A stretch of DNA of 64,000 bases from Camelus ferus (GCF_009834535.1 NC_045707.1:51276001-51340000); one strand, 5' to 3'. Shown: positions 13,310-26,194, numbered from the stretch's first letter. The notes: generated by a model not told the origin, from the letters alone. Numbers and translations: made by a program.

Positions 13310-14707
13310 TAATTATGTAAGAACTACCACGTTAAAAATCAATAATATCGACTTTATACGTGAAAAATTTCACTTACTCTGTTTTAAAATTGTTTTCCCC
13401 TTACCACTCAAATGAAAAGCCTAGCTCTAAGAACACTTGAATTTTTTATATGTAGTTTTAGAAGATTGTCAAGTTCAGTTATTTTGTTGGGCATTCAATA
13501 ATTTATAAGGCCCTTTCGTACATCATATAACAGGAAGCAAAATTCAATAAACACATGGGTGGTGTGAAAAATTAGTTTATGTTTAGTTGGTTCTGTTTGG
13601 CTGTTTTAAAGTGAATTGTACACTTTTTAAACTCTACAATGTGATGAGTGATGTAAAAAGTTTTAAAGTGTTTTAAGTGTTTTAAAAATGTACGGGAGGT
13701 ATGAAGGGAAATGCTGTTGCTCTGAAGTAAGCTACATCTCAATCTATTTGTTGCTTATGAATATGGATACATTTAATGGAAATAAATGGGTTTCAAAACG
13801 CTTTCTATAAAAATCCCCTTTAAAGATCTCATCTCCAAAGATGGGTAATAGTCCTCTGTCCTCTGCTTGATCTTTCAGGAGCTTGACTTTCCCTGATGAA
13901 CAGTGGATTATTTTCATGTGTATATATTGGTCAACAACAGGAAGCTTTACAAGTTGGACTGCAAAGTGACATTTCCACTTCTAGAATGACCAAGAAGACC
14001 AGAAACCAAAACCAAATACATCTGTGCTTTAGCTTAGTTGAGCTGGGAGGGAAAAAAAAAAACCCAAAAGACTTATAGCCAAATAGCAGAGAGGCCCATA
14101 CTTGGGGTTGGTTTTCAGTAGCAACAACAATCCCAATTAAGAGTAGAACAAAATAGGAAATGAAAAGTCAAGCAGTGTACATTGTCTTTTATAAAATTAA
14201 TACCTGAAAAATATGATTATCTGTACATTGATAAATTTCATAAGATTAAAAAAAAATTATAATATCCTGATGTACCCTGAGAAACATCTGACTTTAAAAT
14301 GTAGAATTAAAAGGTAGATGATTTAGGAAAAAATAAATGCTTTGTAAAAAGGATTAATTTCAGTTTTCTTTTTAGTGAATTATACCAAGTCATTTGGAAT
14401 ATGATTGCTCATTAAAATTAGGTATACATCTAACTTACAAGAACACATTCACTGGCCCTCATACCTTTCTTACCTCTGAAGTTATTTACTTCTTTCTTTT
14501 ACTCTTTGTTTTGTTAATATTTTGAATTCCTTATTAAAGTTTACAATCCCCTGTCTAAATCTAGTGTGTGCCATGTGGTAGATATCTGATAAATGTGTGA
14601 ATAAATTGATGAATCAATATTGTACAAAGAGACATTAGTTTACACAGCTAAGAAAACGTGATTTAAATTTATAATGTATTTTAAAGGATAGAAATTTCTC
14701 TTCCAAA

Positions 14708-15202
14708 TGACCTTGATACTTCCCTTAGCTTAACTAAACTTTTCACAGGTTTTGTTCTAACAGTAGGGTCCTTTCTTTTTCTTAGAGCATTTATTTTTAA
14801 AAACCTTGCAATTGTAAATTCTTCCCCTGTGTCTTAGATTTAGTCTTCTCTCAGACTCTAACCAGTGTTACAACCTAGGAATGTCTTCCTCTAGGACCTA
14901 GGAGCCATCCCTTTGAAATGTTGTCACAAGAAAGATAACACCTCTGTCTCCCATCTCTGTGGGGGGTAGGTAGAAAAGTTAGAATAAGTTAGATAAATGC
15001 CAATGCTGGTGGTCTGATCACGTTGACCACCCTCCCCTCAGAAGTTCTTCCTCTGGTACTTTTCCACTAGCTCACCCAAGTGCTTAAAAACTCTCTTGCT
15101 TTTGTCTCATTGGAGTTGGATTCAATTTCTCTACCCTATTGTAATAGTCATGCATTCCATCTTTCTTACTGTTTAACTTGTCCAGTGCAATTCTCTTTGA
15201 TT
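14708..15202 (+). mobile_element. ERV1 solo LTR (MER31/MER67-like)
   Basis: cttcccttagcttaactaaac...ttagagcattta...ggagccatccctttgaaatg...tttaacttgtccagtgcaatt. Confidence 0.7.
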
Positions 15203-15231
15203 CTAGTTTCATTTTTAAGAATCAAATAGAT

Positions 15232-15420
15232 ATTGGAACGTAAAATATGCTATACTAGGTCACACTGGTGGTCATCTGGGCCAGTGTTAAATCTCTAATA
15301 GCATTAGGGGTGTTTGATTTTTCTTATGAATACCAACCTTAAATGTTTAGACTATAATCTGTAACCATTTCTATAATTATTGATGTTTAATCTTCTCTTG
15401 CAAAGAGATTATCAAAATTA
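15232..15420 (-). mobile_element. Ancient CR1-clade LINE 3' relic
   Basis: gaacgtaaaatatgctatactaggtcacactggtggtcatctgggccagtg resembles the antisense amniote CR1 3' terminus as recalled. Confidence 0.4.
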
Positions 15421-15468
15421 TTATAATAGATAGCTTAATTTCTCCAGTAAAAATGTTAACGGAGATCT

Positions 15469-15511
15469 GGGGGGGTGTGTGTGTGTGTGTGTATGTAAGA
15501 GAGAGAGAGAG
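15469..15511. repeat. G-run, (GT)n and (GA)n microsatellite
   Basis: Seen directly. Confidence 0.95.
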
Positions 15512-15975
15512 GCATAGATGGCATTATGAGAGGTCAACCAGAATTAGAGGAGCATTTCTTCAGAGTACCATGTAACATCTTAAATGTTATCCCACTCACA
15601 GTCAACAGACTTGAAATTAAGTGGGGAATCTGTTGACAGTAGTTCAGCAATTGATACATTGAGGACCCAGATTTAGAAATTCCACATACTTGACAGTCAC
15701 TTTTTATAGTATTACTTTATTATCTTCTAAAAATATTTCTCTAAAGCTTCAAGGGATAAGTTGAATTTTGTGTTTCTAGTATTTGTTAAAGATTTATACG
15801 TGATGATATAGACTTTGATCAGATACTCTTCAGATTCTCCGTTAATGTAGCTCCTCAATTCTAAAGAGATCAGATCTTCTGACAAGATCTCCAAAGAGAA
15901 ACCGACTATGAATTTTAATTCTGGAAGGGAGGGAAGCTTCTCTTTCTCCATCCCCCTGAACTCCGTAGTCCAGAC

Positions 15976-16436
15976 TGTAATATAGTTTTTGTTGTTGTTT
16001 TAAGCTGCTTTGACCTAAATTTCAAAATCCTGGCTAGAGGCTGATCAGTTCTTGATTAGCTGATTAAGTCCACACCTCAACCACTTCTCTTAGTGGGCCC
16101 TCCTACTCCAGGCCCAGTATACACACATCCTAATTGCCTCGGGGCCAGGTACCGGCACCTGGGGATGGCCCCCATGCCACTGAGCTGAGAAAATGACATT
16201 ATGCAAATTAGCCAATCTACAGGGAGCCGTGGAAACCTAGATGACCAGGAGCTGTTTATAAACTGCCTCCTACAGCTCTGACTTGCCCTTATCTGTTCCA
16301 GGATACTATCCCCTGTGTGGCCCTAACTGGCAGCCTTCTTTCCTTTGGAGGTATAAATAACACAAAGAGTTCTGCATTTCATCAATTTTAGTATCAGAGT
16401 GTTGTGTCCTGCCTTTAAAGAATCTGCAAATCTTAT
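15976..16436 (+). mobile_element. ERVL solo LTR (MER74/MER73-like)
   Basis: tgtaatatag...ttttaagctgctttgacc...gggccaggtacc...tagccaatc...tgttgtgtcctgc. Confidence 0.7.
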
Positions 16437-16889
16437 AAATAAAGGAAGTCAGTAAATTCCATGCTCTCTGCTGTTGCTCCCAGACCATTGATATGACACC
16501 ACTGCCTAGTTCCTCTTTCTTTATGGTCTGTGCCATATGATCATGCCACTTTTCTCTTTCTCTGTGACTATTGCCTGTCAGCATCTCTATTTTGTCCTTA
16601 TTTTATTTCAAAAAAATTAAACACTCTTTTCCATAAGATATTCTCTATTTGCATATTACTTCAACCTTGGACATTATTTAAGTAATTAAGATTATTTAGT
16701 AATTAAGAATCCTTAATATTAATCAAGTCTTTTAATGCCTTGTTCTTGGAATTTCTCAAACTCCCCAACCATGCTTAATTTCAAAAATCAGCCTCTCACT
16801 TTCATCACTATCCTTTTGATCCACTGGTGGGATGTCTATACTTTTAAGATCTTGAACTGCAGAAACTCCTCTCTACTTTCAGTCTTATG

Positions 16890-17480
16890 TTTGTTTAATT
16901 AAACTCAATCAACACCACTCTTTACAATTTATACATTTTCAAAACCTTAGGAGAGAGCAAAGATAAACAAGAAGTTGCCCTTGTTTTTAAATAATTTATA
17001 ATCCAAAAACAGAGATAAGTACACAAATAACAGAATTACCAGGTAGGACTTATATAAGCCATAATTGAGGTAAATACCAAGAACTCAAGAGATTAACTGT
17101 AGCTACTAGAGAAAGCATATCATCCTGCCCTCACTCGTACTTACCTTCCCCACCTTGCCTTTTTTACGTACTATACCACTTAGCAGTTTATATTTACTGT
17201 TTTCCTAGTCCATTACCTTTTCACTTGCCTCACTAACAAATTGGAACCCATGTATTTCAGTAAAATGCTGACTAACACACTTAATGGTGTATTAATAGGT
17301 GGACTGGGGGGTGGGGGAGTTGCCTGAGATGTCAGTTAATCATGAAGACCTTTGATATATCACTGGAATGCCAAGGTACCACTGGAGACATAAGGAGATG
17401 GAGATAAAGTTACAGTTAACAGAAATTCTCTCTGGGAGTGTATTCTGTGTGACTGAAGGAATATTTGATAAGCCCTTTGA
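16890..17480 (-). mobile_element. Fragmented L2 pieces
   Basis: actcaatcaacacc...agagataagtacacaaataac and the later ggtaccactggagac...tctctgggagtgt have L2 character. Confidence 0.35.
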
Positions 17481-18092
17481 GTTTGTATGTTTTTGGTTGA
17501 GTGAAATAAGTGGTGGCCATTCTGAAAAGGAGAATCAGTCCAATGAACTGCAGACTTCTTTTCTTAGTGAAGGATGCAAGTCTGGGGCCTGAGCTTAACT
17601 GATTTCTTGAAACAATTCGCAATAGTTATTCTCTTAATTCTTTCTTTTCCCAATTTGGCAATCAGCTTTTCTTCTGAACACAGATTTGAACAGTATTTAA
17701 AATAATCAATCTGAAGCCTTTTGAAGGTGCTCACCTTCTTCATTCCCACCCTGAGCACACAAAACTTCCTATGCTGTAACCTTCAGTTATGCTTGCTCTG
17801 CCATTCCCCGAAGACTGAGCAATAGATTCCAAACTGTTGAATCAGAGATGAAATGAATCATCTTGACAAGACTGACTCATTGGAAACAAATTAACTTTTG
17901 GGAGGACTGTGAACATGAAAAAAATAATCTGGTTTTATCAAAATTCAGACACATTAAAATTTTTCACATAGATACATCTATCTATCTATGCAAACTAGCT
18001 TAATTAATTCATGTTGTATGTCTGCCTAAGCTTCCCTATACCAAGTTAATGACTTTAAACTCATAGGTTTCTAATTGATTATGAGTTTATAT

Positions 18093-18223
18093 ATTTTTTT
18101 TTGCCAGTAATCCTCTCTGCATTTTATTTTATTTTATTTTTTTTAACATTTTTTATTGATTTATAATCATTTTACAATGTTGTGTCAAATTCCAGTGTTC
18201 AGCACAATTTTTCAGTTATTCAT
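18093..18223 (-). mobile_element. Young, heavily 5'-truncated L1 3' end (camelid-type) with two A tails and TSD
   Basis: ttttaacattttttattgatttataatcattttacaatgttgtgtcaaattccagtg; TGAGTTTATAT direct repeat at 18082-18092 and 18224-18234. Confidence 0.85.
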
Positions 18224-18744
18224 TGAGTTTATATTTTTTAATAAATTACATCTGCTGCCAGACCAGGATTGTATTGAATTATATCCCTAATGAACATTTC
18301 AGCTTACACCTCTCTTGTTTAATATAAGAATTATTTACTTATTTATAATTTCTCTTGTTCCATACAGAATTAAGCCCATATATTTCTGTTGGCTATTCAC
18401 ATGACCTGTAATGGAAATGTAAAAATATGTGACTGTATCCATAGAAACAGGTGGTAAGCTTGCATCAACATTTTGTCATACAGACAGCCAGCAATTTCAG
18501 TGATTACATTTCCTATATCAAACCTGATCAAGAGTGCCCGAAAAGATTATGAAGGGATTTAATCTATTTACTTATAAATGAAAATAGCAAAATGTTGACA
18601 GAAAAAGAAAAAGATTTACCTGCAAGTATTTATAGAGTGTTTTTAGGCATGAGAATTTACAGTGTCTTTCAGGCTGTGTTCTTTAGTTCAACTAAATTAG
18701 GACAGAATAGCATACAAAGCTCCTTTTCTCCAAGTTTGACCACC

Positions 18745-18897
18745 TGCATTGAAATTCACTTGATTTGTTAAAATGAAGATTATTTACCACAGACACAAAA
18801 ATAAGAATATTTCAGATAGATCCCAGTAATATACATTTTAATAAGCTTCTTAGATGATTTTTTATACATGTTAAAGTGTAGGCACCAGTGCCCTAGA
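18745..18897. mobile_element. MER5-like hAT DNA transposon
   Basis: gcattgaaattcac...ttgttaaaatgaagatt...cattttaataagcttc...gatgatt...aaagtgtaggcaccagtg. Confidence 0.55.
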
Positions 18898-19589
18898 GGT
18901 AATTTATGTTTATAACTCAGAAAATGCAGTAAAATCGCAGGTATACAAAGCATAGGGCAAGAGACATAAGACTCTTCAGGGACTCGAAGAATACTTTCAT
19001 TAAAAAAAAAACAGATTTATTGATGTGATAGCATTATATAAGAACAAAAATAAGCCAGGAAATAAAATAGGAGCAAGAATTAAAAGCAGCACACAAGTAG
19101 GCACAATGTGGTGTTTTCTTGCTGATTTCTGCTCAGATAAAAAGGTGCATTTTCTTAGAGTGTGTTCTGAAACCTTCTTACAAGGATCAGGCTTCCCAGG
19201 GTAGACATCTAAATTGAGTTACAGAGATAGATTTTCGCACTGCTGATCTACTTAGCCTGGAAGACCTTTTTTGCTTTATATTACTTTGTAATGACCTTAT
19301 TCAAAGTAAAATTTCTCTAATCTGTAACATCTAAGGGGAAAGGAAACCACATTAACACTGTCTAAAGCTGTTTATTCCTCAGATATTGAGGTTTAGAAAA
19401 GTTCTGAGAGAATAAAAATTAGTCATATTTCCTATTTTAAAATACTTTTCACCAGAGAAATTCTTATGTTATAAATGCTTACTTCATTGAGTAGTATAAA
19501 AATGTATTGCTCCTGTCCAATTCTAAGTGGGAGTATTTTGTAGACAGTCTTAGAACCACACTTTTGTATACAGGGGTATTAAAGCTTGA

Positions 19590-19770
19590 TGGCAAAAAAA
19601 GTTTTGGGTGATCATGAGCAAATTGTTCAGTGTCTTTGGTTACAGTTTGCCCATTTTTGAGTGGAGATTATAATAATAGCACTTACTGTATCAAATTACT
19701 GTGAAGATGTGATGAGATAATACATCAGAAATGTTTAGAATAGAGCTTAGCAATGACAGTCATTGTTAAT
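19590..19770 (+). mobile_element. MIR SINE
   Basis: gggtgatcatgagcaaattgtt...cagtttgcccatt...gtgaagatgtgatgagataatacat. Confidence 0.65.
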
Positions 19771-19919
19771 TTATATATCTAGAAGAATATTTAAATGTTT
19801 ATAACATTAAGAAAGTTCCTGTCCTGACATACTTTTAGAGATTCTGCTCATAGCAGCCAAAACCTTTTTCTCAAAAAGAAAAACCAAAACTAAATGACAT
19901 TATAACTTTAAAAAACATA

Positions 19920-20240
19920 TGTTCATGATACTGCTGAGACAACAAAAACATCAAAAACAAAATTTCTGAGGCTTAGCACAAATGTTATTTTTCACTTGTA
20001 TACCTCTCAAATGTAGATGTTTCTAGTTGGTGGACAGCCTCTGAGAATTTACTGCCACTCTCTTAAAAACCTGGCCTCCCAAAATACATACATCACTGTT
20101 GCTTATATTGTTTGTGAATTCTACTCATGTGACTATACTTCAGTGAAAGAGAGGGTTGATAATATAATCTGTACTTAGGCTCTGCTTCCCATTGACAAGG
20201 GAAGCTCCAACTTTTGATGGACAGCTAGCCTCCACTTAGA
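19920..20240 (-). mobile_element. Old MaLR LTR (MLT1J/K-like), partial
   Basis: ctgctgagacaacaaa...tgaggcttagcaca...catcactgttgcttatatt...tcatgtgact...ggacagctag. Confidence 0.55.
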
Positions 20241-21169
20241 CCAAGTTTTTGAATCAGCAGTTCTTCTACATTTCAGGAGACACGATGATTCATGATTATG
20301 GCACTTTGGCTATGTCTACATGAAAAAATTATTTTTTTAAGGAATCTTTTGCATTTGGTCCAACATCTGGCTCCTTTGAGAACAATCTGTGAATAATTGA
20401 TCCTTCCTTGAAAACAGATTTGATGAATAGTGAAGAAAATAAATGGATACTTCTATTGAATTAAGAAGAGGAAGCAGAAAGAGCAAGGGAAAGAAGGAAA
20501 AGCATTTTAAGGCTTCAGATTGACTTTTCATTGTGGCTGATACTGAATTATTTCCCCACATTTGTGATAAAGCTTTACGTCTCCAAATTTGTCTGTCTTA
20601 TGATCAATGAATTTCATACAACTCATGTCTGGAGAGAGGATTACAGCTGTTGTTTTCATGTAGGCATATTAATTGCCAATCTCTTCTAACGTGCTAAGAT
20701 CATGAATAGCATTCATCTTTATTTCTGAGTACCCTAGTAATACACAGAGTGATTCAAACTCAGCACCGTATAAGTAGATTTATTTTTAGAACTTATTCTT
20801 AAAACCAATTTATTTGGCTTTAATTTGATAGAGGAATCGATCTCTTCTGAACAAATAATAGCTTTTCTAGTTTCAGTTTTTTGTGTATTCCACCCACCCA
20901 GCCTCTATCTAGCCCACTTTGATCTACATAGTTGTTTCTTGGCACTCTCTCTGTTTTATGTACATGTATAGCCATTTATTAAAGTCATATTCCTGAAGGA
21001 GGTCATCACCGCACATGAGGAGGAATCTGGAAATGCTCAAGTCTTTCTTTCCTGAAGATAATCTCTTCCTTCATTTTCCAGGTATAACCAAGCTGCTATC
21101 CATCTGTGCTTGACTTCATTCATCCCTTGTATTTGCTTGGCCAGTTGACTGACTGATGCTTTCTATCTC

Positions 21170-21390
21170 CAGCAGCACAGTATAGCCCAGCATCCTAAGT
21201 AGCACATAATCATATATTCTAGCTATAACTTAGAAAGTGAATAGTATCAACAACTGTGAAAAAGTTAACTGTGTCATTTTCAGTTTTCTCATCAGTAAAA
21301 TCAGAAAAGCAGTATCTACCAAATGTGGCTTTTGACAGGAATAAGGAGACATGAATGTGAGGTTGTTAGCTCAGTGCCTAGCACTAATTC
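21170..21390 (+). mobile_element. MIR SINE
   Basis: tcagttttctcatcagtaaaat...atgtgaggttgttagctcagtgcctagcac. Confidence 0.7.
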
Positions 21391-21449
21391 TTATTTTAAA
21401 TTTATCATTATTGTAATTATAAATGTTATTATAATCATTTAAATTTCTT

Positions 21450-21770
21450 GAGTGCTTATTTGTCCAGTCTGCTGTACCTCTTCCCTCTCCCACATTATTT
21501 CCTTCACAACAGCTTCAACTTCATTTATCTGTTAGTGGCCCCCAAATCTATCCAAGCAGCCCTGGGACTCCTCATGAACTTCAGGTCTGCATTTCCATCT
21601 ACTTTGGTGTGTCTGGTGAACTTCTCCAGTGAGATTTTCTCTAGGTATTTCAATAACCCCCCACCAAATTTCTTTTCTCATTTAACTCTCATTACAGTGC
21701 TATGTTATGTGCTACTATCATTCCCATTTTAAAGATGAGGAAACATTGAAACTTGCTGAGTTGCCCCCAC
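21450..21770. mobile_element. L2 fragment (+) followed by MIR fragment (-)
   Basis: ccccaaatctatccaagcagccctgg...tgaacttcaggtc (L2); cccattttaaagatgaggaaac (MIR). Confidence 0.55.
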
Positions 21771-21799
21771 TGGAACTCCCACTCTCCAGGTATGTAGTA

Positions 21800-22010
21800 T
21801 TGCTGTTCTTCCTTTATGCCTAGTAATTTTATGTCTTTCCCATATTTATTCCGTCATCTTCATCCTTTGTGGTTTGGGATCACATATGTCCTTGAGGATT
21901 GTTTAAAGATGTATTTGCATTTCTGTCCCTGGTCTTTTATTTTTGGTGATTTTTTGAGAGAAGAAAGGGGGGTGGATATTTTTGTATTATATCATCATGA
22001 ATCTGAGCCT
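21800..22010 (-). mobile_element. Old L1/HAL1 5' fragment
   Basis: T-rich antisense tract ending in gagagaagaaaggggggtgg...catcatgaatctgag. Confidence 0.35.
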
Positions 22011-22159
22011 CTTAGCTGTAATTTTAAAAGTCAGTTATACTTACTGGGGCAACTAGAATATAGAAGACTTGAACAGGGCAGCCAGAAGGGAGAAGTGAAT
22101 CAGGATTCAAGAAGAGGCATATTTCTGAATAGAGTCAACGGGCTTTGTTCAATGGAAGG

Positions 22160-22295
22160 ACACAGTAGAAGCAGAGCAAGTGTGAGCTTTGGTGCCAGAC
22201 TGAACTAGGTTAAAACTCCAGGTATCATGGCATTTATGGTGTGGAATAAGCTATTTCATCTCAGAGACGTGGTTCAATAAAGGTTAGTTTCCTTT
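22160..22295 (+). mobile_element. MIR fragment
   Basis: agagcaagtgtgagctttggtgccagactgaactaggttaaaactcc. Confidence 0.6.
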
Positions 22296-23959
22296 CCTTC
22301 CATCCTCTGCTACAAAATTACATATACTTAATACCTAAGATGTGACCATTTAACTGTATTACAGGTACAATCTTCTGCACTGCACACAATTAAGATTCTT
22401 GCTGAAAGTTATTTAGCTGGTGATGGAGGTTGCTTAGTAGATAAGTTGTTCTAAAATGTTCTTCAGAGCACCTGCTGGATTTTATGAGTTGCATGGTGTG
22501 GTGATTTGAATTTTGATACATTTATGCACAATTCAGACATGTATACCATGATTAGTTACATTAATTTAATAGGCAGTTAGCAAATGCCCTTGTGAAAGTA
22601 AGAAAATGTGCAATTGCTCGGTTTATTTCATACTTTATAAGAGCATTGGTGATGCTGATGAATAATTAATCAATTAATTGTTGCCCTGTTCGGTGTTCTT
22701 CATTTGGAATTGAGATGAGTTCCTTTATATATGGTGATAGGCATTTAAAACCCTGTTTCAGTTCAGCAGTATAGATGTGAATTGTTTTTGTTCTACAACT
22801 TAAGAGCGGAGATTGCTTGCACAGAACTTCTGACCTCTAAAAGTCACCTCTTCTCTCTTTTGCTTGAAGACTAATTTTTTGCATTTACATTTATACTCTA
22901 TATATTTCTTATTGTATATGCATCTCTGTTGGATCCAGTTGAATTTACTAATTTTGAATGTGTTGATTTTTATAGTTGTCTCAAATGTACTTAACACCTT
23001 TATGTTAAAATTTTGTAATTCATTAAAATGAAGCAAAAAAAAAATTCCAGTAATCCATTATGGTATTTTTATTTTGTCTAAAATCAACACATTCACTGGC
23101 TTATATTTTGGAAAGCCTTTCTACCTGACACATTTCTCTGATTCAAGCTTGGGAGTTTACTTATTTTTAAATTTCCACAGATTGCTTAGGCATGATCCCC
23201 TTTTTGATGAACCTGTACAGGAGATTTGGGTGGGGTAACATCTGTAACTCAAATCTGGATCTATCTAAGCGAAACCAATTTAAACTATTAAATTGCTGCA
23301 GCATTCCAGGGGCCCTGATTAAGAGCTCCTCCAGTCCAGGAGTTGAATAATTTCACTGCCACTTCAGGCCATTCGATGTTTTACATTATCTCTAGTGGAA
23401 TCCTTTCAGATTAAACATAATCCTATTAAGCAACGCTGCTGGCTTTTTGGGCTACATACACTGGGTTGAGTGATGTTCTGCTGTTATCTGGGACTGTGTT
23501 TTTTAATACTTCATCTTGGATGGCTGGCACACTCTGGCAGTAAGCTTACATGTAGTAAATGGATGGATTCTTCATTAGTGGAATTGATTAAATTGTCATA
23601 AAATATCTGTGACCCAGATGTCTCTGGGCCACATCACCCTTAAACCTATATTTCTTTGGTTCAAATTCCACTCTACTGAAAAAATACGTATTTCCCCATT
23701 CCTCCTAGCCACCACCAGGTTCTCGAGGAGTCCCAAAGGGGTCTCTTACACGTACTGACAAATGAGATCTGATTTTCATTCTTGACAGTGGTAGGCTTAT
23801 GACTGTAAACTTATTCTGCTAACTTGTAATGTTACCACTTATAAAGTTAGGTAAGTTGGGCGTCTTCCCACATCACCACTACCATTTCTAGTAGGCCATT
23901 TCTACCATAGAAATAAAGATCTGTTGAAACTCTTGGTCACTGATGCTCTCAACTTGACC

Positions 23960-24128
23960 AGAATTACCACATTTATAACAGAGTGCCAGGCATTGTTCTA
24001 GTAGTGTGCATATAGTAACTCACTTACTCCTTAAGAAAATTCTATAGGGAAGGGATCATAATTATCACTGTTTTGCAGGTGGGAAAACTTGAGGCATAGA
24101 ACAGTTTAGTAGTTTACTCAAGGTTACG
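23960..24128 (-). mobile_element. MIR SINE
   Basis: gtgccaggcattgttcta...ttttgcaggtgggaaaacttgaggcataga. Confidence 0.75.
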
Positions 24129-24345
24129 TGGAGTCAGATGGATCCAATTTGTACCCTGCTCAGCTACTTGCCAACTCTGTGACCTAGAGATTTGTTTTGT
24201 AATCTCTTTCAGCTAAAAATGTCCTCATCTATAAAATGCAGTTACTGAGAATACTTGTCTCCTTTAGTTGTTGTAAAGATTGAGTGAGATAATTTATGTC
24301 AAGTGCCTACCAAGAGGCAGCTACACAAATGTTGGCTGCTATTAT
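24129..24345 (+). mobile_element. MIR SINE
   Basis: ggagtcaga...ctgtgacctagag...cctcatctataaaatg...gttgtaaagattgagtgagataat...aagtgcct. Confidence 0.75.
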
Positions 24346-24619
24346 TTTTTCTATTAAAATGGATTTAAATTTAATTTAAGAAAAATCTGTTCTCTCAAAT
24401 CATTTTTTTATTAGCTGAGCTTCCTTCAAAATCATAGAAGTGAATCAGAAAGATCTTCCTATTCTTCTTGATTTTTCCTTAAAAAAATGGGTCAATATTT
24501 CTCACTTTGAGAAGTGAAGTCAAGGTTGAAAGCTCAGAGCATGTTAGCACAGTGCTTATCATTCATTTGTATTGAATGCTTTCTGTGGGCCTGAATCCAT
24601 GGTAAACGCTTAGAGATAT

Positions 24620-24800
24620 TAGTTGTTTGAATCCTTTGACGATTGTACATAATAGGTGTCATTACTATCCATGTTTTATGGAGGAGAAATGGAGGCATAT
24701 GGAAATTAAATAATTTGCCCCAAAGTTGCCCAGTTGCTGAATGATAGGGACTGGATTCTAACCCAGGCATTCTGACTCTAGATGCTGATCTCTTAACCAT
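24620..24800 (-). mobile_element. MIR SINE
   Basis: ttttatggaggagaaatggaggcat...ttgccccaaag...ggattctaacccaggcattctgactctag. Confidence 0.75.
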
Positions 24801-26194
24801 GAATATTTACCATGTTCTGTATTCCTAGGCATTGAAAAACAAAACAAAACAAAACAGTTCCATTGGCCAGAATTAGTTTTGTGTCTTGATCCCTGGGACT
24901 CCTGGGAGACTTATATAACACTCTTAAAGTTAGTATGGGCCATGGGACCAATCTTGCCAATGGTCTGTGAAAAGAAAGCAAGAAAGAGCTGGTGCATTTC
25001 TGTTGGTCAAAGATCATAATAGAGACTTAACTGTGTCCAAGGGAAAGAAAGTAGAGACTATCTTTATCTTCTTCATTTTAGCATCAGTAAGTGTCTGGAG
25101 AACTCAGTGACACTATGCATTTACCACGTGTAAGGGCAAAAAATACCACTTCATTCAGATAGGGGCATTTGAGACATTTATGAATTTGTAATAATGCAAG
25201 CCCCCAGCATTAGGTCTTATTGAAGTGCCTTTCTTTCCTCAATAGCATATTCAGATCCTTTTGTTCTCAGTGCCTCTTTGAACTTTGCACTATTTCTACC
25301 CCAAAGTCTCAAACAGTTGTGGACTCTGTCTAGTGACAGAGCTTTCACACCCAATGCAGGTCGGCATTTGGCATGTACAACGGCTCCTATTACTGCTTCT
25401 CGCCCTACAATTGATTATGTGTATAAACTTATTTCCTAGGAAAGGCTTTTGCCTCATTCACCAAGACCTGAGTGAGAATTAAAAGTTTGTCAATTACCTT
25501 CACCATCACCTCTCCTCAGCTTTTGAATTTTTAGGCCATGAGAAGCATTTCTTTCTCCTGTATGTTTATCCAATGAGATACATCTCTAGCGTTTCATTTT
25601 CTTTGCTTTTCTTCATTTTTAAAAAAGGATCAACTGTATTTCTCTTTTTCTCCTTGACTCCCAGGTCTTATTTTTCCTTTCATATGTGTATAGCCTGTCT
25701 TCTGAGATCTCAGCATTTCTCTGAAGGAAATCTTTTTCCATCTCAATTAATTTGTATCCCATTACTTTTCTTTCATACTAATTTTTTTCCAGTAGTAAGA
25801 CAGAAGCATATTTAAAAAACTAATTAGTTTCCTTTAGGATTTTTAGACTAATGAGAATTTTATCTATAATCCTCATAAATTTTCCTTCTTAAAATTAAGG
25901 TAAAATATACATACATTAAGATGAAGAGATCTGACATGTGCTATTGGTGAGCTGTAACATATAGAACATTTCCATTGTCTCAGAAAGTTCCCTTGTATTA
26001 ACTTTCTAGGCAAGTCCTATAACCATGGACAACAAAGGTTATAATTTCTGTATCAGATTAATTTTGTCTATTTTTGAGCTTCATACATATGAAATCATAC
26101 AATATGTACTCACTTATATCTGGCTTATTTTGCTCAATATAATGGCTTTGAGATTATTTTATGGTGTTTCATGTATCAGTAGTTCTTCTTTTTT

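Noticed and set aside
21060..21800. Other AG|GT motifs (ccag|gtataa at ~21081, ccag|gtatgt at ~21789)
   Set aside because: Weaker donor or located at repeat junctions; such motifs are common by chance.
23960..24345. Oppositely oriented MIR pairs (also 3050-3570) as dsRNA hairpins
   Set aside because: Copies are too diverged for stable pairing, and this arrangement is common.
25060..25095. ttttag|CATCA|gtaagt 5-nt exon pattern
   Set aside because: Very short, frameshifting and with weak exonic donor bases; expected by chance.
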